64,000 nucleotides of DNA from Desulfobulbaceae bacterium. Its GTDB lineage: Bacteria; Desulfobacterota; Desulfobulbia; Desulfobulbales; Desulfocapsaceae. Shown one piece after another: positions 9,978 to 20,008 of this stretch; positions within the stretch are counted from its first letter, which is position 1; the number at the start of each line of letters is the position of its first letter. The translations under genes were made by a program, and so were the position numbers. The notes under the pieces were generated by a model. That model was not told the DNA's origin. It made no database searches and saw nothing but the letters and a program-made list of their open reading frames with translations. The stretch lies in NCBI GenBank assembly GCA_003249645.1, contig QKIH01000035.1, positions 6,495-70,494 of the forward strand. The letters run 5' to 3'.

Positions 9978-12815
9978 TTACGGCTCCATCAACATTTTTA
10001 AAAATTTTCCAGTATAAGACTTATCCTCTTTGCAAATCTTTTCAGGTGGCCCTGTGCAGACTATTTTTCCACCTTTTTCTCCTCCCTCCGGGCCAACATC
10101 AATTAGCCAATCGCATGTCTTAACAACATCAAGATTATGCTCGATTACCACGACACTGTTCCCCTTATCAACAAGCCGGTTAAGAACTTCCAGCAAATAT
10201 TGGATATCGGCCGGATGCAATCCTGTAGTTGGTTCATCAAGTATGTAGAGACTTTTTCCGCTGCTTCTGCCCGAAAGTTCCTTGGCCAGTTTTACCCGTT
10301 GAGCTTCACCGCCAGATAATGTTACCGAAGACTGACCAAGTGCGATATATGACAGTCCAACATCATACAATGTCTGGAGCCTGCTTTTTATAGGAGGTAT
10401 ATTTTCAAAGAATTCCAGCGCTTCTGCAACTGTCATCGACAGCACATCATGAATGCTTTTACCTTTATACTGTATCTCCAGTGTTTCGTGGTTATAGCGT
10501 CTTCCCTTGCAGCTTTCACATTCTACATAGATATCCGGAAGAAAATGCATAGCAATTTTTATTAACCCTTCGCCTCCACACGATTCACAGCGGCCGCCTT
10601 TTACATTAAAAGAAAATCTGCCTGGTTTATACCCTCTTGCTCTCGATTCAGGCAGTCGGGCAAATAAATCTCGAATCGGTCCAAAAACCCCTGTATAGGT
10701 TGCAGGATTTGATCGCGGAGTCCTTCCTATAGGACTCTGGTCAATATCAATAATTTTGTCGACATTTTTAGCACCGGATAAGCTCACACCATTTTCAGTA
10801 ATTTTATCTTCCTTTAAACTGAGAGCCTCTTTTAGCAGTTTATACAGGGTCTCCATGATTAATGAGGATTTACCAGACCCGGACACCCCTGTTATGCCGA
10901 TCATTCCACCCAGCGGAATACTGATGTCGATGTTTTTCAGATTATTTACATGAGCATTCTTGACAGTTATTATTTTTTTTCCATCATTTGACAGATTTCG
11001 TTTCCCTGCTGGCCTTAAGATTTCTTTTCGTCCACTGAGATATGCGCCTGTAGCCGAATCTAGATGATCAAGAAGTCCTTTTACATCACCATTATACACG
11101 ACTTCACCACCATGTATGCCTGCCCCCGGCCCCATATCTAGAACGTGGTCAGCAGCAAGAATAGTCTCGGTATCGTGCTCTACCACAATCACACTATTGC
11201 CTAGATCGCGTAACTCCAGAAGAGTATTGATCAGCTTCTGGTTATCTCGCTGATGAAGACCTATGCTAGGTTCGTCAAGAATATAGAGTACTCCAGCAAG
11301 TCTTGACCCAATCTGGGATGCAAGTCTTATACGCTGTGCTTCACCACCTGAAAGAGTTCCAGATTTCCTGGCCAGCGTAAGATACCCAAGGCCGACATCT
11401 TCTAGGAATGACAACCTATCAACTATTTCTTTTAATATGGGTTCTCCTATCTTTCTTTCCCGCTCACTGAACGGCAGTAACGGCAGTAAGTGCAGCAGTT
11501 TTTCAATGGACTGGCAGGTGATAGTATATATGTTCCATTCGCCTATTTTGGCAGCAAGCGCTTCAGGCTTTAATCTGGCGCCTCTGCAAATCGGGCACTC
11601 CTGCTCATTCATATACTGGGCAAGTTCCTCTCGGATCATAACCGAATTGGTTTCGTGAAATCGACGATCAAACTGGGGAATAACCCCTTCAAACTGCTTC
11701 TGACCGGTAAGTAGCCTTCTTCCCTTCCGGTATTGAAAACTAATTTCTTCACTCCCAGATCCATAGAGCAACACCTTCTGGTCTTTAGAGGAAAGCTCTC
11801 TAAATGGAGTTTTTAAGGAAAAACCATAATGATCTGCGACAGCAGAAAGCATCTGTCCAGTATAAGTATTGTCATTTCGCCAACCCCACGGGGCAATTGC
11901 TCCTTTTTCAACGCTCAGGCTCTTATCTGGAACAATAAGCGAAGGATCAAAAAACTGTTTTACTCCAAGTCCTCCGCATTCTTCACAGGCTCCTTGAGGA
12001 TTATTGAAAGAAAAGAGCTGGGTAGATAGTTGTGGCATGGAAATGTTACAAGTATGGCACGCGGCATGTTCACTGAAAAGCTGTTCTTCACCGCTATCAG
12101 AGTACAGTACAAGCAGAAAGCCCTCCGTCAGATTAACTGCAGTTGCAATAGAATCTGAAAGTCTTCTGGTGATAGAAGGTTTAAGCACAAGCCGGTCTAC
12201 CACAACCTCTATGGTATGCTTCTTATTTTTATCGAGATTCTGAACATCATCGGTATGGAGAATATCGCCATCAACCCGAATACGGACAAACCCTTCTTTC
12301 TTTATTCTGGCAAGTAATTGTTCATGTCGCCCTTTCCTCTCAGTAACCAAAGGAGCAAGCAGTAAAACTTTTGTTCCTTCAGGTTGCGCCATCAGTTGAT
12401 TAACCATATCTTCAATCGATTGCGACTGTATCGGCTCCCCGCATTGCGGGCAGTGCGGACGTCCGCATCGGGCAAAAAGCAGGCGAAGATGATCATATAT
12501 CTCTGTGACTGTGCCTACCGTTGATCTGGGATTTTTACTTGTTGTTTTCTGTTCAATAGAAACAGCCGGAGATAAGCCTTCGAGACTGTCGACATCAGGT
12601 TTATCCATCTGACCAAGAAATTGTCTGGCATACGTGGACAGGGACTCTACATAACGCCTCTGCCCTTCTGCATAGAGCGTATCAAAAGCTAAAGTCGATT
12701 TCCCGGATCCTGAAAGTCCAGTGAAAACAACCAGACTGTTTCTAGGAAGATCAACATCGATATTTTTCAGATTATGCATCCTTGCACCACGGATGCTTAA
12801 TGTTTGCGGTTCCAT
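9978..12815 (-). CDS. uvrA: excinuclease ABC subunit A
   Basis: 945 aa. Two ABC ATPase modules (GLSGSGKSTLAFDT, GVSGSGKSSL, LSGGEAQR twice) and zinc-finger Cys clusters. Confidence 0.97.
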   Translation of the reverse strand: MEPQTLSIRGARMHNLKNIDVDLPRNSLVVFTGLSGSGKSTLAFDTLYAEGQRRYVESLSTYARQFLGQMDKPDVDSLEGLSPAVSIEQKTTSKNPRSTVGTVTEIYDHLRLLFARCGRPHCPQCGEPIQSQSIEDMVNQLMAQPEGTKVLLLAPLVTERKGRHEQLLARIKKEGFVRIRVDGDILHTDDVQNLDKNKKHTIEVVVDRLVLKPSITRRLSDSIATAVNLTEGFLLVLYSDSGEEQLFSEHAACHTCNISMPQLSTQLFSFNNPQGACEECGGLGVKQFFDPSLIVPDKSLSVEKGAIAPWGWRNDNTYTGQMLSAVADHYGFSLKTPFRELSSKDQKVLLYGSGSEEISFQYRKGRRLLTGQKQFEGVIPQFDRRFHETNSVMIREELAQYMNEQECPICRGARLKPEALAAKIGEWNIYTITCQSIEKLLHLLPLLPFSERERKIGEPILKEIVDRLSFLEDVGLGYLTLARKSGTLSGGEAQRIRLASQIGSRLAGVLYILDEPSIGLHQRDNQKLINTLLELRDLGNSVIVVEHDTETILAADHVLDMGPGAGIHGGEVVYNGDVKGLLDHLDSATGAYLSGRKEILRPAGKRNLSNDGKKIITVKNAHVNNLKNIDISIPLGGMIGITGVSGSGKSSLIMETLYKLLKEALSLKEDKITENGVSLSGAKNVDKIIDIDQSPIGRTPRSNPATYTGVFGPIRDLFARLPESRARGYKPGRFSFNVKGGRCESCGGEGLIKIAMHFLPDIYVECESCKGRRYNHETLEIQYKGKSIHDVLSMTVAEALEFFENIPPIKSRLQTLYDVGLSYIALGQSSVTLSGGEAQRVKLAKELSGRSSGKSLYILDEPTTGLHPADIQYLLEVLNRLVDKGNSVVVIEHNLDVVKTCDWLIDVGPEGGEKGGKIVCTGPPEKICKEDKSYTGKFLKMLMEP

Positions 12816-12837
12816 CTACTTCCTGTATAAAGTGAGA

Positions 12838-13248
12838 TTACATCAGATTCTGATGATCGATTTTAATACATCTGTCCATGACGATTTCACAATCATGTTG
12901 TCTCGCAAAAGCAGCAGCTTCGTCATTAATAATACCGAGCTGCATCCAGATGTATTTTATATCTTTGCTAACAGCAGACTCAACAATCGGACCGACATCT
13001 TCCGGTCGTCTGAAAATATCAACGAGATCGACCTTACCCGGCACATCGTCAAGGCTTGCATAACATTTAAGCCCCAATATTTCCTCCTGGCCTGGATTGA
13101 CCGGAATAACTGTATAACCAGCATCGATAAGATATCTTGCAACCATATTGCTTGGTCTGTTGCTCTTTGGGGATAAGCCAACAACGGCAATAACCCGAAC
13201 ACTTTTTAAAATTTCGCGCAGCCTGGTGTTGGAATAAATTTCAACCAT
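12838..13248 (-). CDS. CoA-binding domain protein (YccU-like)
   Basis: 136 aa. The IAVVGLSPKSNRPSN...GYTVIPVNP pattern matches the CoA_binding_2 family. Confidence 0.8.
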   Translation of the reverse strand: MVEIYSNTRLREILKSVRVIAVVGLSPKSNRPSNMVARYLIDAGYTVIPVNPGQEEILGLKCYASLDDVPGKVDLVDIFRRPEDVGPIVESAVSKDIKYIWMQLGIINDEAAAFARQHDCEIVMDRCIKIDHQNLM

Positions 13249-13450
13249 ATTTTATATTCAGAGAAATTGAGCGGAGGCCGGAATGATGAAACACTGAAAA
13301 TTCTATTTACCAGGCTTCGATGCTGTGGTAGCTTATCAGGTCCGCATGAGATTCATGGACAAACCCATTCATAACGGGTATAAACTTTTGCAGATTTACA
13401 AAAACCTGCTATCAGACATTCAAAAACAGACTATACCATAGGTCGTATTG

Positions 13451-14317
13451 ATGAATTTTCAAGATATAATACTCGAACTTAACAGATACTGGGCAAAACA
13501 GGGATGTGTACTGCAACAGCCCTATGATATGGAAGTCGGTGCCGGAACCTTTCATCCGGCAACCCTGCTTCGCTCTTTAGGACCTGAACCATGGAAAGCC
13601 GCTTATGCCCAACCTTCAAGGCGTCCAACTGACGGCCGATATGGAGAAAATCCGAACCGCTTGCAGCATTATTACCAATACCAGGTAGTAATGAAGCCTT
13701 CCCCTCTTAATGTTCAGGAGTTGTATCTCGGCAGCCTGAAACAATTTGGGCTTGATCTTCTTGAGCACGACATCCGTTTTGTTGAAGATGACTGGGAGTC
13801 CCCGACTCTGGGAGCATCAGGGCTCGGCTGGGAGGTTTGGCTTGACGGCATGGAAATTACTCAATTCACTTATTTTCAGCTGGCAGGATCAATAGATCTT
13901 CATCCAACAACGGTTGAAATTACCTACGGTCTTGAACGTATCGCCATGTATCTGCAGGGTGTTGAAAGCGTTTATGACATCAAATGGAATGATGAAGTGA
14001 GCTACGGTGAAATTTTTCACCAGGCTGAGGTTGAATTTTCTACCTTCAACTTTGAAGAAGCCAATGTAGAAAAGCTCCTTGAGTTTTTTGACACCTTTGA
14101 ATCTGAAGCATTAAAACTGGTTGAGAAAAAGCTTATTCTCCCAGCCTATGATTACTGTCTGAAATGTTCTCACACCTTCAACCTGCTCGATGCCAGAAAA
14201 GCTATCAGTGTTGCTGAGAGGACCCGTTATATAGGCCGCATAAGGAATATAGCCCGTAAAGTTGCCGAGCAGTATGTCATTCAGCGCGAAGAAATGGGAC
14301 ATCCTCTTCTTAAATAA
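13451..14317 (+). CDS. glyQ: glycine--tRNA ligase alpha subunit
   Basis: Strongly GlyQ-like ([42 protein letters not shown]). ATG at 13451; the ORF track starts at TTG 13448. Confidence 0.95.
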   Translation: MNFQDIILELNRYWAKQGCVLQQPYDMEVGAGTFHPATLLRSLGPEPWKAAYAQPSRRPTDGRYGENPNRLQHYYQYQVVMKPSPLNVQELYLGSLKQFGLDLLEHDIRFVEDDWESPTLGASGLGWEVWLDGMEITQFTYFQLAGSIDLHPTTVEITYGLERIAMYLQGVESVYDIKWNDEVSYGEIFHQAEVEFSTFNFEEANVEKLLEFFDTFESEALKLVEKKLILPAYDYCLKCSHTFNLLDARKAISVAERTRYIGRIRNIARKVAEQYVIQREEMGHPLLK

Positions 14318-14333
14318 TACTGTTTATACACAG

Positions 14334-14370
14334 CCGGGTGTTACTTCACCCGGTTGATTTTAAATTTTTT
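14334..14370 (+). terminator. rho-independent terminator after glyQ
   Basis: Stem CCGGGTG (14334-14340) paired with CACCCGG (14347-14353), 6-nt loop, then a T-rich tail. Confidence 0.6.
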
Positions 14371-14522
14371 CCCTCTATTTTTTTCTATCAGTCTCTTTCC
14401 TCATTCTGTTATTCTTTCTTTATGATCTTTTTCTAAAGATGGCTAATACAGTGTCGACAACAATAATGCAGAAAAAATGATAAGTGCTAATTAAGAGAAT
14501 TCACTAAGAAAAAAAGATATCT

Positions 14523-14620
14523 TGGCGGAAGTGCATGGGAATCGAACCCACCTAGCGAGCTATTAACCCGCTACACCGGATTTGAAGTCCGGGAGGGCCA
14601 CCAGTGCCCTATCCACTTCC
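14523..14620 (-). tRNA. selC: tRNA-Sec (anticodon UCA)
   Basis: The reverse complement reads GGAAGTGGATAGGGCACTGGTGGCCCTCCCGGACTTCAAATCCGGTGTAGCGGGTTAATAGCTCGCTAGGTGGGTTCGATTCCCATGCACTTCCGCCA. It is 98 nt, with anticodon loop CTTCAAA (UCA), a long variable arm, a TTCGATT T-loop and an encoded CCA. GGACTTCAAATCC matches E. coli selC. Confidence 0.9.
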
Positions 14621-14797
14621 AGGGGATGTCGGATATGAGTTGCACATATTAATAGGTGTTGCGCTTGAAAACAACTTTTTATTATATTATATAAGCATTT
14701 TGCTTTTTCTAGACAGCAAAGTGCGACGTAATTAGCTGGCCAAGTAATTGAATGGCCGTAAATATATTACATTATTAAAAAGGCAGTAATAAAACGT

Positions 14798-15187
14798 ATG
14801 CAGTGCGAACGACTGATGAAATTGGCCAAATCGTGGTACATTCACGTCCGTGAGGAAACCATGGCCCCCGCCCGTATGATCTCTTTTATGGAAAAACATG
14901 CAGCGGAATGTCCTGTCTGTCAGGAAGACCCGGATCTTCCGGGCGAAATCGCCAAGATTACCGAAATGATCCTCCCTGAATCTAAAATTCCGAAGGCCAT
15001 GAGAAATAGTGATGACATGGATGATGACGATGATATGGATGATGACGATGATCGCGACGACATGGATGACGACGACGACATGGATGACGACGACGACATG
15101 GATGATGATGAAGACATGGATGATGACGACGACATGGACGACGATGACATGGATGATGAAGACATGGATGATGACGATTACATCTAG
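14798..15187 (+). CDS. small protein with an HxxxCxxC (ZAS-like) motif and a poly-acidic (M-D5)n C-terminal tail
   Basis: 129 aa. Motif H34-AAE-C38-PV-C41. From residue 71 onward the sequence is almost entirely Asp/Glu punctuated by Met. Confidence 0.6.
   Translation: MQCERLMKLAKSWYIHVREETMAPARMISFMEKHAAECPVCQEDPDLPGEIAKITEMILPESKIPKAMRNSDDMDDDDDMDDDDDRDDMDDDDDMDDDDDMDDDEDMDDDDDMDDDDMDDEDMDDDDYI
15011..15178 (+). repeat. imperfect 18-nt tandem repeat (ATGGATGAYGAYGAYGAC) encoding M-D-D-D-D-D units
   Basis: About nine to ten consecutive units are visible in the sequence, for example gacatggatgacgacgacgacatggatgacgacgacgacatggatgatgatgaagacatggat. Confidence 0.9.
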
Positions 15188-15278
15188 TCTTTCATTCTCG
15201 CTATTAAACGTTTTTCGTCGAGAACCTTTCCAACTCGATGATCTTTACTGATAAATCATTGCAAATCAGGAACCTGTA

Positions 15279-16103
15279 ATGATTTATCGGTTAATAACGC
15301 AAGTACAGGAGTTTTGCTCTGCCTCCCTGAAACCTTATAGTTACAATGTCCCAAAGAATCCTTACATATGGTTTGGTTTTCTCTGGGGGGCACAACTCCC
15401 TGTTTTTCTTCTTGTCCTTACTCACATTCTACAACAACACAAAGACTATAGTGAAACGTGGGCGCTGTTTTCTACCTCATTGCAGATCTTCTGTTTCGGA
15501 TATCCGATCCTGCTCGGGGCCATTTTCGGTATTCTCGGCACTATACGAGCCGAAAAAACATTCCAGATTCAGCAACTCATAACCCGTCTGCAGCAGACAT
15601 CCATCACAGACCCTCTGACAGGTTTGTTTAACCGTAGACATTTTGCTTTGATTTTCCAGGATCATGTCTCACAGGCAACCCGTTCACAGAAACCCATTTC
15701 TATTCTGTTTATTGATATAGACGACTTTAAGAACATCAACGATAACTTCGGACACCAGACAGGTGATCAGGTTCTCGAACAGTTGGCAGCAATATTGAAA
15801 GACAGTTTACGGCCTTTTGATTTACCAGTCAGGTGGGGTGGGGAAGAATTTCTCCTTCTCCTGCCCGAAGTTTCAGAAAATACAGCCAAAGAAATTGCCG
15901 AGCGGTTACGAAAAAAATCTATGGAGATACTTTCAGCAAAATTTTGTATCAAGATTACAATTTCCATTGGCGTCGCATCATACATTCAGCAGGAGACATT
16001 ACAGAGTTTTGTAGACAAGGCTGATCAGAGCCTTTATGCAGCAAAAATGCTGGGGAAAAATCAGGTGGTTTGCTGGTCGATACTTCGTGACAGCATGCCA
16101 TAA
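15279..16103 (+). CDS. membrane-anchored diguanylate cyclase (GGDEF domain)
   Basis: 274 aa. N-terminal TM helices, then DPLTGLFNRRHF and the RWGGEEFLLLLP active-site motif. Confidence 0.85.
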   Translation: MIYRLITQVQEFCSASLKPYSYNVPKNPYIWFGFLWGAQLPVFLLVLTHILQQHKDYSETWALFSTSLQIFCFGYPILLGAIFGILGTIRAEKTFQIQQLITRLQQTSITDPLTGLFNRRHFALIFQDHVSQATRSQKPISILFIDIDDFKNINDNFGHQTGDQVLEQLAAILKDSLRPFDLPVRWGGEEFLLLLPEVSENTAKEIAERLRKKSMEILSAKFCIKITISIGVASYIQQETLQSFVDKADQSLYAAKMLGKNQVVCWSILRDSMP

Positions 16104-16297
16104 AACAAATCAGCCTTTATCATATCTACAGAAAAAATTTCTTCGGAGATCCGATACAATTCCACGCCGAACTATCTATAATTTCCAGACATCAACTTTT
16201 AGTTATCTTGACATAGAAACTTTTAATTACCTGGTTTGACGATTCCTATTTGATAAATAATTCACGTCACGGCACAAACAAAACAGATATAAAAATC

Positions 16298-17440
16298 CTA
16301 CGTCCGCAAGATTTTGTAGAGTTGTAGGCAATCAACCAGTCGTTTTTCGACAAGATCAGCTGCTCCGCTCATTGCCTCGGCAAGCGTCATCGGCCCTGAA
16401 ACTATCGGCATCATACTGCTCACCCCTATTTCATACAAGGCTTCGGCATTTTCACCAATCTTACCAGCCAGGGCGATTACAGGGATGCTGTTTGCAGATG
16501 CCATTGCTGCCACACGACCAATAAGTTTCCCCTGAACAGACTGCCCATTGATCTCTCCTTCCCCAGTTATAAGCAGAGTAACCTCACCTCCGGCCAGAAT
16601 TTTCTGCAGTCCATAACAATCTGCAATGAGTTCAAAACCACTTTGCATCACAGCACCGGTATAGGCTAAAAAGCCAAAACCCATTCCACCGGCAGCTCCA
16701 GCTCCTTCAAACATCGAATAGTCTTGGCCAACTGCAGAAGCCGTTATTTCGGCAAAATGTGCTAAACTTCTTTCAAGCTGATCCAGCAGATCTGCATCTG
16801 CGCCTTTTTGTGGGCCAAAGACCCGGGTTGCTCCATTCACACCAAGCAGAGGATTAATGACATCTGAAGCCAGCAGAATATCCACGCACTCAAGTTCTTT
16901 TAAAACAGAGGTTGTCTCAACACGGCAAATATTACTCAGGTTGCCGCCACCTGAAGAGATCTCACAATCTTCTTTGTCCAGAAATTTATAACCAAGAGCC
17001 TGAAGAGCTCCGGCACCGCCATCGTTGGTCGCTGAGCCGCCAAGCCCTAAAATTATTTTTTTTGCCCCGTTTCTTACAGCATGGCAAATGAGTTCACCGG
17101 TACCGAAGCTTGTCGTCAATACAGGGTTTCTTTTCTCCTCAGGGACAAGAGGCAGACCGGATGCGGCTGCCATTTCAATAACAGCAGTAGTTTCATCAGG
17201 CAGCATACCATACGAGGCCTCAACTGTTTCCCCTAGAGGCCCAGTTACTGCAAGAGTTACAATTTTCCCGCCTGTGGCGTAAATCATTGCTTCAACGGTT
17301 CCTTCCCCACCGTCTGCCATGGGAAAAGAATATATCTTCTCACCGGGCAAGCACCTCTTTACTACACTTGCTGCAAGCTCACAAAATTGAACAGCCGACA
17401 GACTGCCTTTAAATGAATCAGGGGCGAATACAATTGCCAT
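16298..17440 (-). CDS. glycerate kinase
   Basis: 380 aa. IVFAPDSFKGSLSA and PMADGGEGTVEAM are hallmark glycerate kinase (GlxK/GarK) motifs. Confidence 0.9.
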   Translation of the reverse strand: MAIVFAPDSFKGSLSAVQFCELAASVVKRCLPGEKIYSFPMADGGEGTVEAMIYATGGKIVTLAVTGPLGETVEASYGMLPDETTAVIEMAAASGLPLVPEEKRNPVLTTSFGTGELICHAVRNGAKKIILGLGGSATNDGGAGALQALGYKFLDKEDCEISSGGGNLSNICRVETTSVLKELECVDILLASDVINPLLGVNGATRVFGPQKGADADLLDQLERSLAHFAEITASAVGQDYSMFEGAGAAGGMGFGFLAYTGAVMQSGFELIADCYGLQKILAGGEVTLLITGEGEINGQSVQGKLIGRVAAMASANSIPVIALAGKIGENAEALYEIGVSSMMPIVSGPMTLAEAMSGAADLVEKRLVDCLQLYKILRT

Positions 17441-17539
17441 GGCTCATTCTCCAGAATCAGAGATTTCATATTGTGCTATCCGTTCACAAACAATGCGTCT
17501 GCATTATTTTGTTGTAAAGAACAGGAGTTCTGACAATTT

Positions 17540-17788
17540 TTGCATAACTTCAGGATGAGTGCCATGAAAAAAAGCAACTCTGTATTAGTCAGTCTGCTTC
17601 AATTCCTCATTTTTATAGCCAGGATAATTATTTCTGTAACAGTAATATGGGTTGGCTATACTCTCATAACAGGAGAACTCTATATATCGCAGACCATCAG
17701 CGGCGGATTCGGAACCGGATTATTTCTTCTGATAATCGGCGCCTATTTTTTCTTCAGCGCATTCCTGCGCCATTTTTTTGATCAGTAA
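17540..17788 (+). CDS. hypothetical small membrane protein
   Basis: 82 aa with two predicted hydrophobic helices. No recognisable family. Its 3' end overlaps the convergent EamA gene by 35 nt. Confidence 0.35.
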   Translation: MHNFRMSAMKKSNSVLVSLLQFLIFIARIIISVTVIWVGYTLITGELYISQTISGGFGTGLFLLIIGAYFFFSAFLRHFFDQ

Positions 17789-18719
17789 TTTCTGCTTGTT
17801 TAACCGCAGATTCAGCATTATCACCATTGCCATAGGAAGATTGCTGGCTCAAAATCACCCCACCCATCACAACGGCAGCAGCAACACACTGCATTGGGGT
17901 AAATACCTCACCTAGAACCATCCAGCCAAGCAACACTGTAAATACAGGGATTAGGTTGACAAACGATGCGGCCCTGCTGGCCGGAACATACTTGAGGCTG
18001 TAATTATACAAGCCATATGCACCTAGAGTTATCACAGCACCCAGATAAATAATAGCAAATGTTGGGATAAACTCTATTTTCTCAGGAAACTGTACAGACG
18101 GCAGAAAAAGTATTGGCAGATAAAAAACAGATCCGACAAAGGCCTGTACAGCAGTAAGAAACAAAGGAGAATATTTTGGTGCAAGAAACCGCATCACCAG
18201 TGTATAGCCGGTTGCACAGATCATGGCCGTAAATTCAAGCAAATTGCCAAGTACAGGGTTTGGGGCATCTTCTGTCGGCGCCCCGCTTACCGTCAGCCAG
18301 CATACCCCGACAACAGCAAGAATTGCCCCAGCCCAGCCTTTAACACCCGTTTTCTCGCCAAGAAAGATCGAAGCCGTTATCATCACAAGGATAGGCAGCA
18401 ATGCGGTAATCATACCAGCCTGTGAGGCAGTGGTGTTCTCGATCGCCTTTGCCTCAAAAATAAAATAGAGGCAAGGTTCACAGAAGGCCATGAAGATCAT
18501 TAAAAAGACATCTGATCTTTTCAATACCAACAACCGTGTCACCCGCTTATACACCACAAGAAAACAAAGTGTTGCCACCATCATCCTGCCGAAAATAACA
18601 ACCATCGGGTCATAACTGCGAAAAGCTATTTTAAGGGCAATGAACGAACTTGACCACAGGACCATGGCAAGCAGCAGAAGAATGGTCGGTAAATACTGAT
18701 TATATTTTGATAAGTTCAT
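17754..18719 (-). CDS. DMT-superfamily (EamA-like) transporter
   Basis: About 10 hydrophobic helices in two EamA-like halves. The likely start is MNLSKYNQ (ATG at 18719); the ORF track extends to 18800. Confidence 0.8.
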   Translation of the reverse strand: MNLSKYNQYLPTILLLLAMVLWSSSFIALKIAFRSYDPMVVIFGRMMVATLCFLVVYKRVTRLLVLKRSDVFLMIFMAFCEPCLYFIFEAKAIENTTASQAGMITALLPILVMITASIFLGEKTGVKGWAGAILAVVGVCWLTVSGAPTEDAPNPVLGNLLEFTAMICATGYTLVMRFLAPKYSPLFLTAVQAFVGSVFYLPILFLPSVQFPEKIEFIPTFAIIYLGAVITLGAYGLYNYSLKYVPASRAASFVNLIPVFTVLLGWMVLGEVFTPMQCVAAAVVMGGVILSQQSSYGNGDNAESAVKQAEITDQKNGAGMR

Positions 18720-19075
18720 AGCATCTCTCTTATTGGCAGAAAATGGGAAGCGGACTGTATACGACTTTTTGCCCCAGTTGGCAAATATGTTTTCTGCCAA
18801 CAGCCAAATAATGATTGCCTGATCGATGATGAACTTTTATCTTGGAGCTAGAGTAAGCTGGAAATAATTTGCCTTTTACAGAGAGATCACTAATGAACGA
18901 TAAAGTTAGAAAACTTGAAGAAGAGTGGGAAAAAGAAGAAAAAACTGAAGAAGAAAGCCTTGAAGATGCTCTTTTAGGCATGGAAATGCTCCTTTACACC
19001 TCAAGAAGTCTGAAAATCGAAGGAAACTCCAACGTCAAAATCACCGAGATTGAGAAAAAATAATATTTTCTCTGT

Positions 19076-19969
19076 TTATATTCTCTGACTTACTTCTCTG
19101 AACAGCTCTTCAGCCTTGTATGAGCTTCGTACCAGGGGGGCTGCCACCACGGCTTTTATTCCCTGTTCACGCGCTAAAAGACCCAATGCACTAAACTGTT
19201 CAGGGGATACATATCTGTCAACGTCCAGATGCTTCAACGATGGTTGAAGATACTGGCCGACAATCAGAATATCACATCCGGTGGCGGCAATATCTCTGAA
19301 TGTCTCTTTCAGTTCGTCATCGCTTTCACCAAGTCCTACCATTATACCCGATTTGACCACCATATTATTTTTGAGCGCTTTAACACGACGCAGGAGGGTC
19401 AAAGAGCGTTGATAAATAGCCTGAGGCCTTACTTTAGAGTACAGACGCGCCACCGTTTCAACGTTATGATTGAGTACATCAGGAGCTGCATCTAAAACTA
19501 TTGAAAGACTTTGCTCATCGCCCTGAAAATCAGGAATCAATACTTCAATGAGAGTCTGCTGATTTTTTCTCCTCACAGCTCTGATTGTCTCGGCAAATAT
19601 TTCAGCACCGCCATGATCAAGATCATCCCTGGTGACTGAAGTAATGACCACATAGCGAAGTCCCATCTGTCTAACAGCTTCCGCCACGCGTTCAGGCTCA
19701 TTATGGTCAACAGGCTGTGGACGGGCGTGCTCCACATTACAAAATCGGCAATTCCTGGTACATCTTGACCCAAGAATCATAAAGGTAGCACTTCCTTTTG
19801 CATAACATTCAAACTGATTTGGGCATCTCGCTTCCTGACACACTGTAGCCAATTCGTTATTTTTGATTGTCTCGCATATCTGACGATAAACGCCCCCTTT
19901 CGGAAGCGTTCTTGACAGCCATTTAGGCTTTGGAGTGCGTTGTTGACACGTCTTAACACGAATATGCAT
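19076..19969 (-). CDS. lipA: lipoyl synthase
   Basis: CQEARCPNQFEC and the radical-SAM CTRNCRFC motifs. The likely start is MHIRVK (ATG 19969, preceded by GGAAGGTGA); the ORF track extends to 20005. Confidence 0.93.
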   Translation of the reverse strand: MHIRVKTCQQRTPKPKWLSRTLPKGGVYRQICETIKNNELATVCQEARCPNQFECYAKGSATFMILGSRCTRNCRFCNVEHARPQPVDHNEPERVAEAVRQMGLRYVVITSVTRDDLDHGGAEIFAETIRAVRRKNQQTLIEVLIPDFQGDEQSLSIVLDAAPDVLNHNVETVARLYSKVRPQAIYQRSLTLLRRVKALKNNMVVKSGIMVGLGESDDELKETFRDIAATGCDILIVGQYLQPSLKHLDVDRYVSPEQFSALGLLAREQGIKAVVAAPLVRSSYKAEELFREVSQRI

Positions 19970-20008
19970 AGCTATTTCACCTTCCCTGTCAACATTTACT
20001 GTCAAATA

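Noticed and set aside
12721-13176. 151-aa plus-strand ORF.
   Set aside because: It is antisense to the well-supported uvrA 5' end and the CoA-binding protein gene, and has no recognisable motifs.
14371-14797. A genomic island or integrase might be inserted next to tRNA-Sec.
   Set aside because: No integrase, phage or transposase ORF is present, and no direct repeat of the tRNA 3' end is visible on either side.
14920-15251. The ORF track lists an 81-aa Ser-rich ORF (minus strand) and an 80-aa MMTWMMT-type ORF (plus strand, other frame) over the acidic-repeat region.
   Set aside because: Both are alternative-frame readings of the GAT/GAC-ATG tandem repeat. They are low-complexity artefacts with no start context. 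The Asp-rich frame continues from a normal N-terminal domain.
18869-19063. 64-aa highly charged ORF between the EamA gene and lipA.
   Set aside because: It could be a real small protein (Glu/Lys-rich helix), but I see no family match or convincing RBS. Left unannotated.
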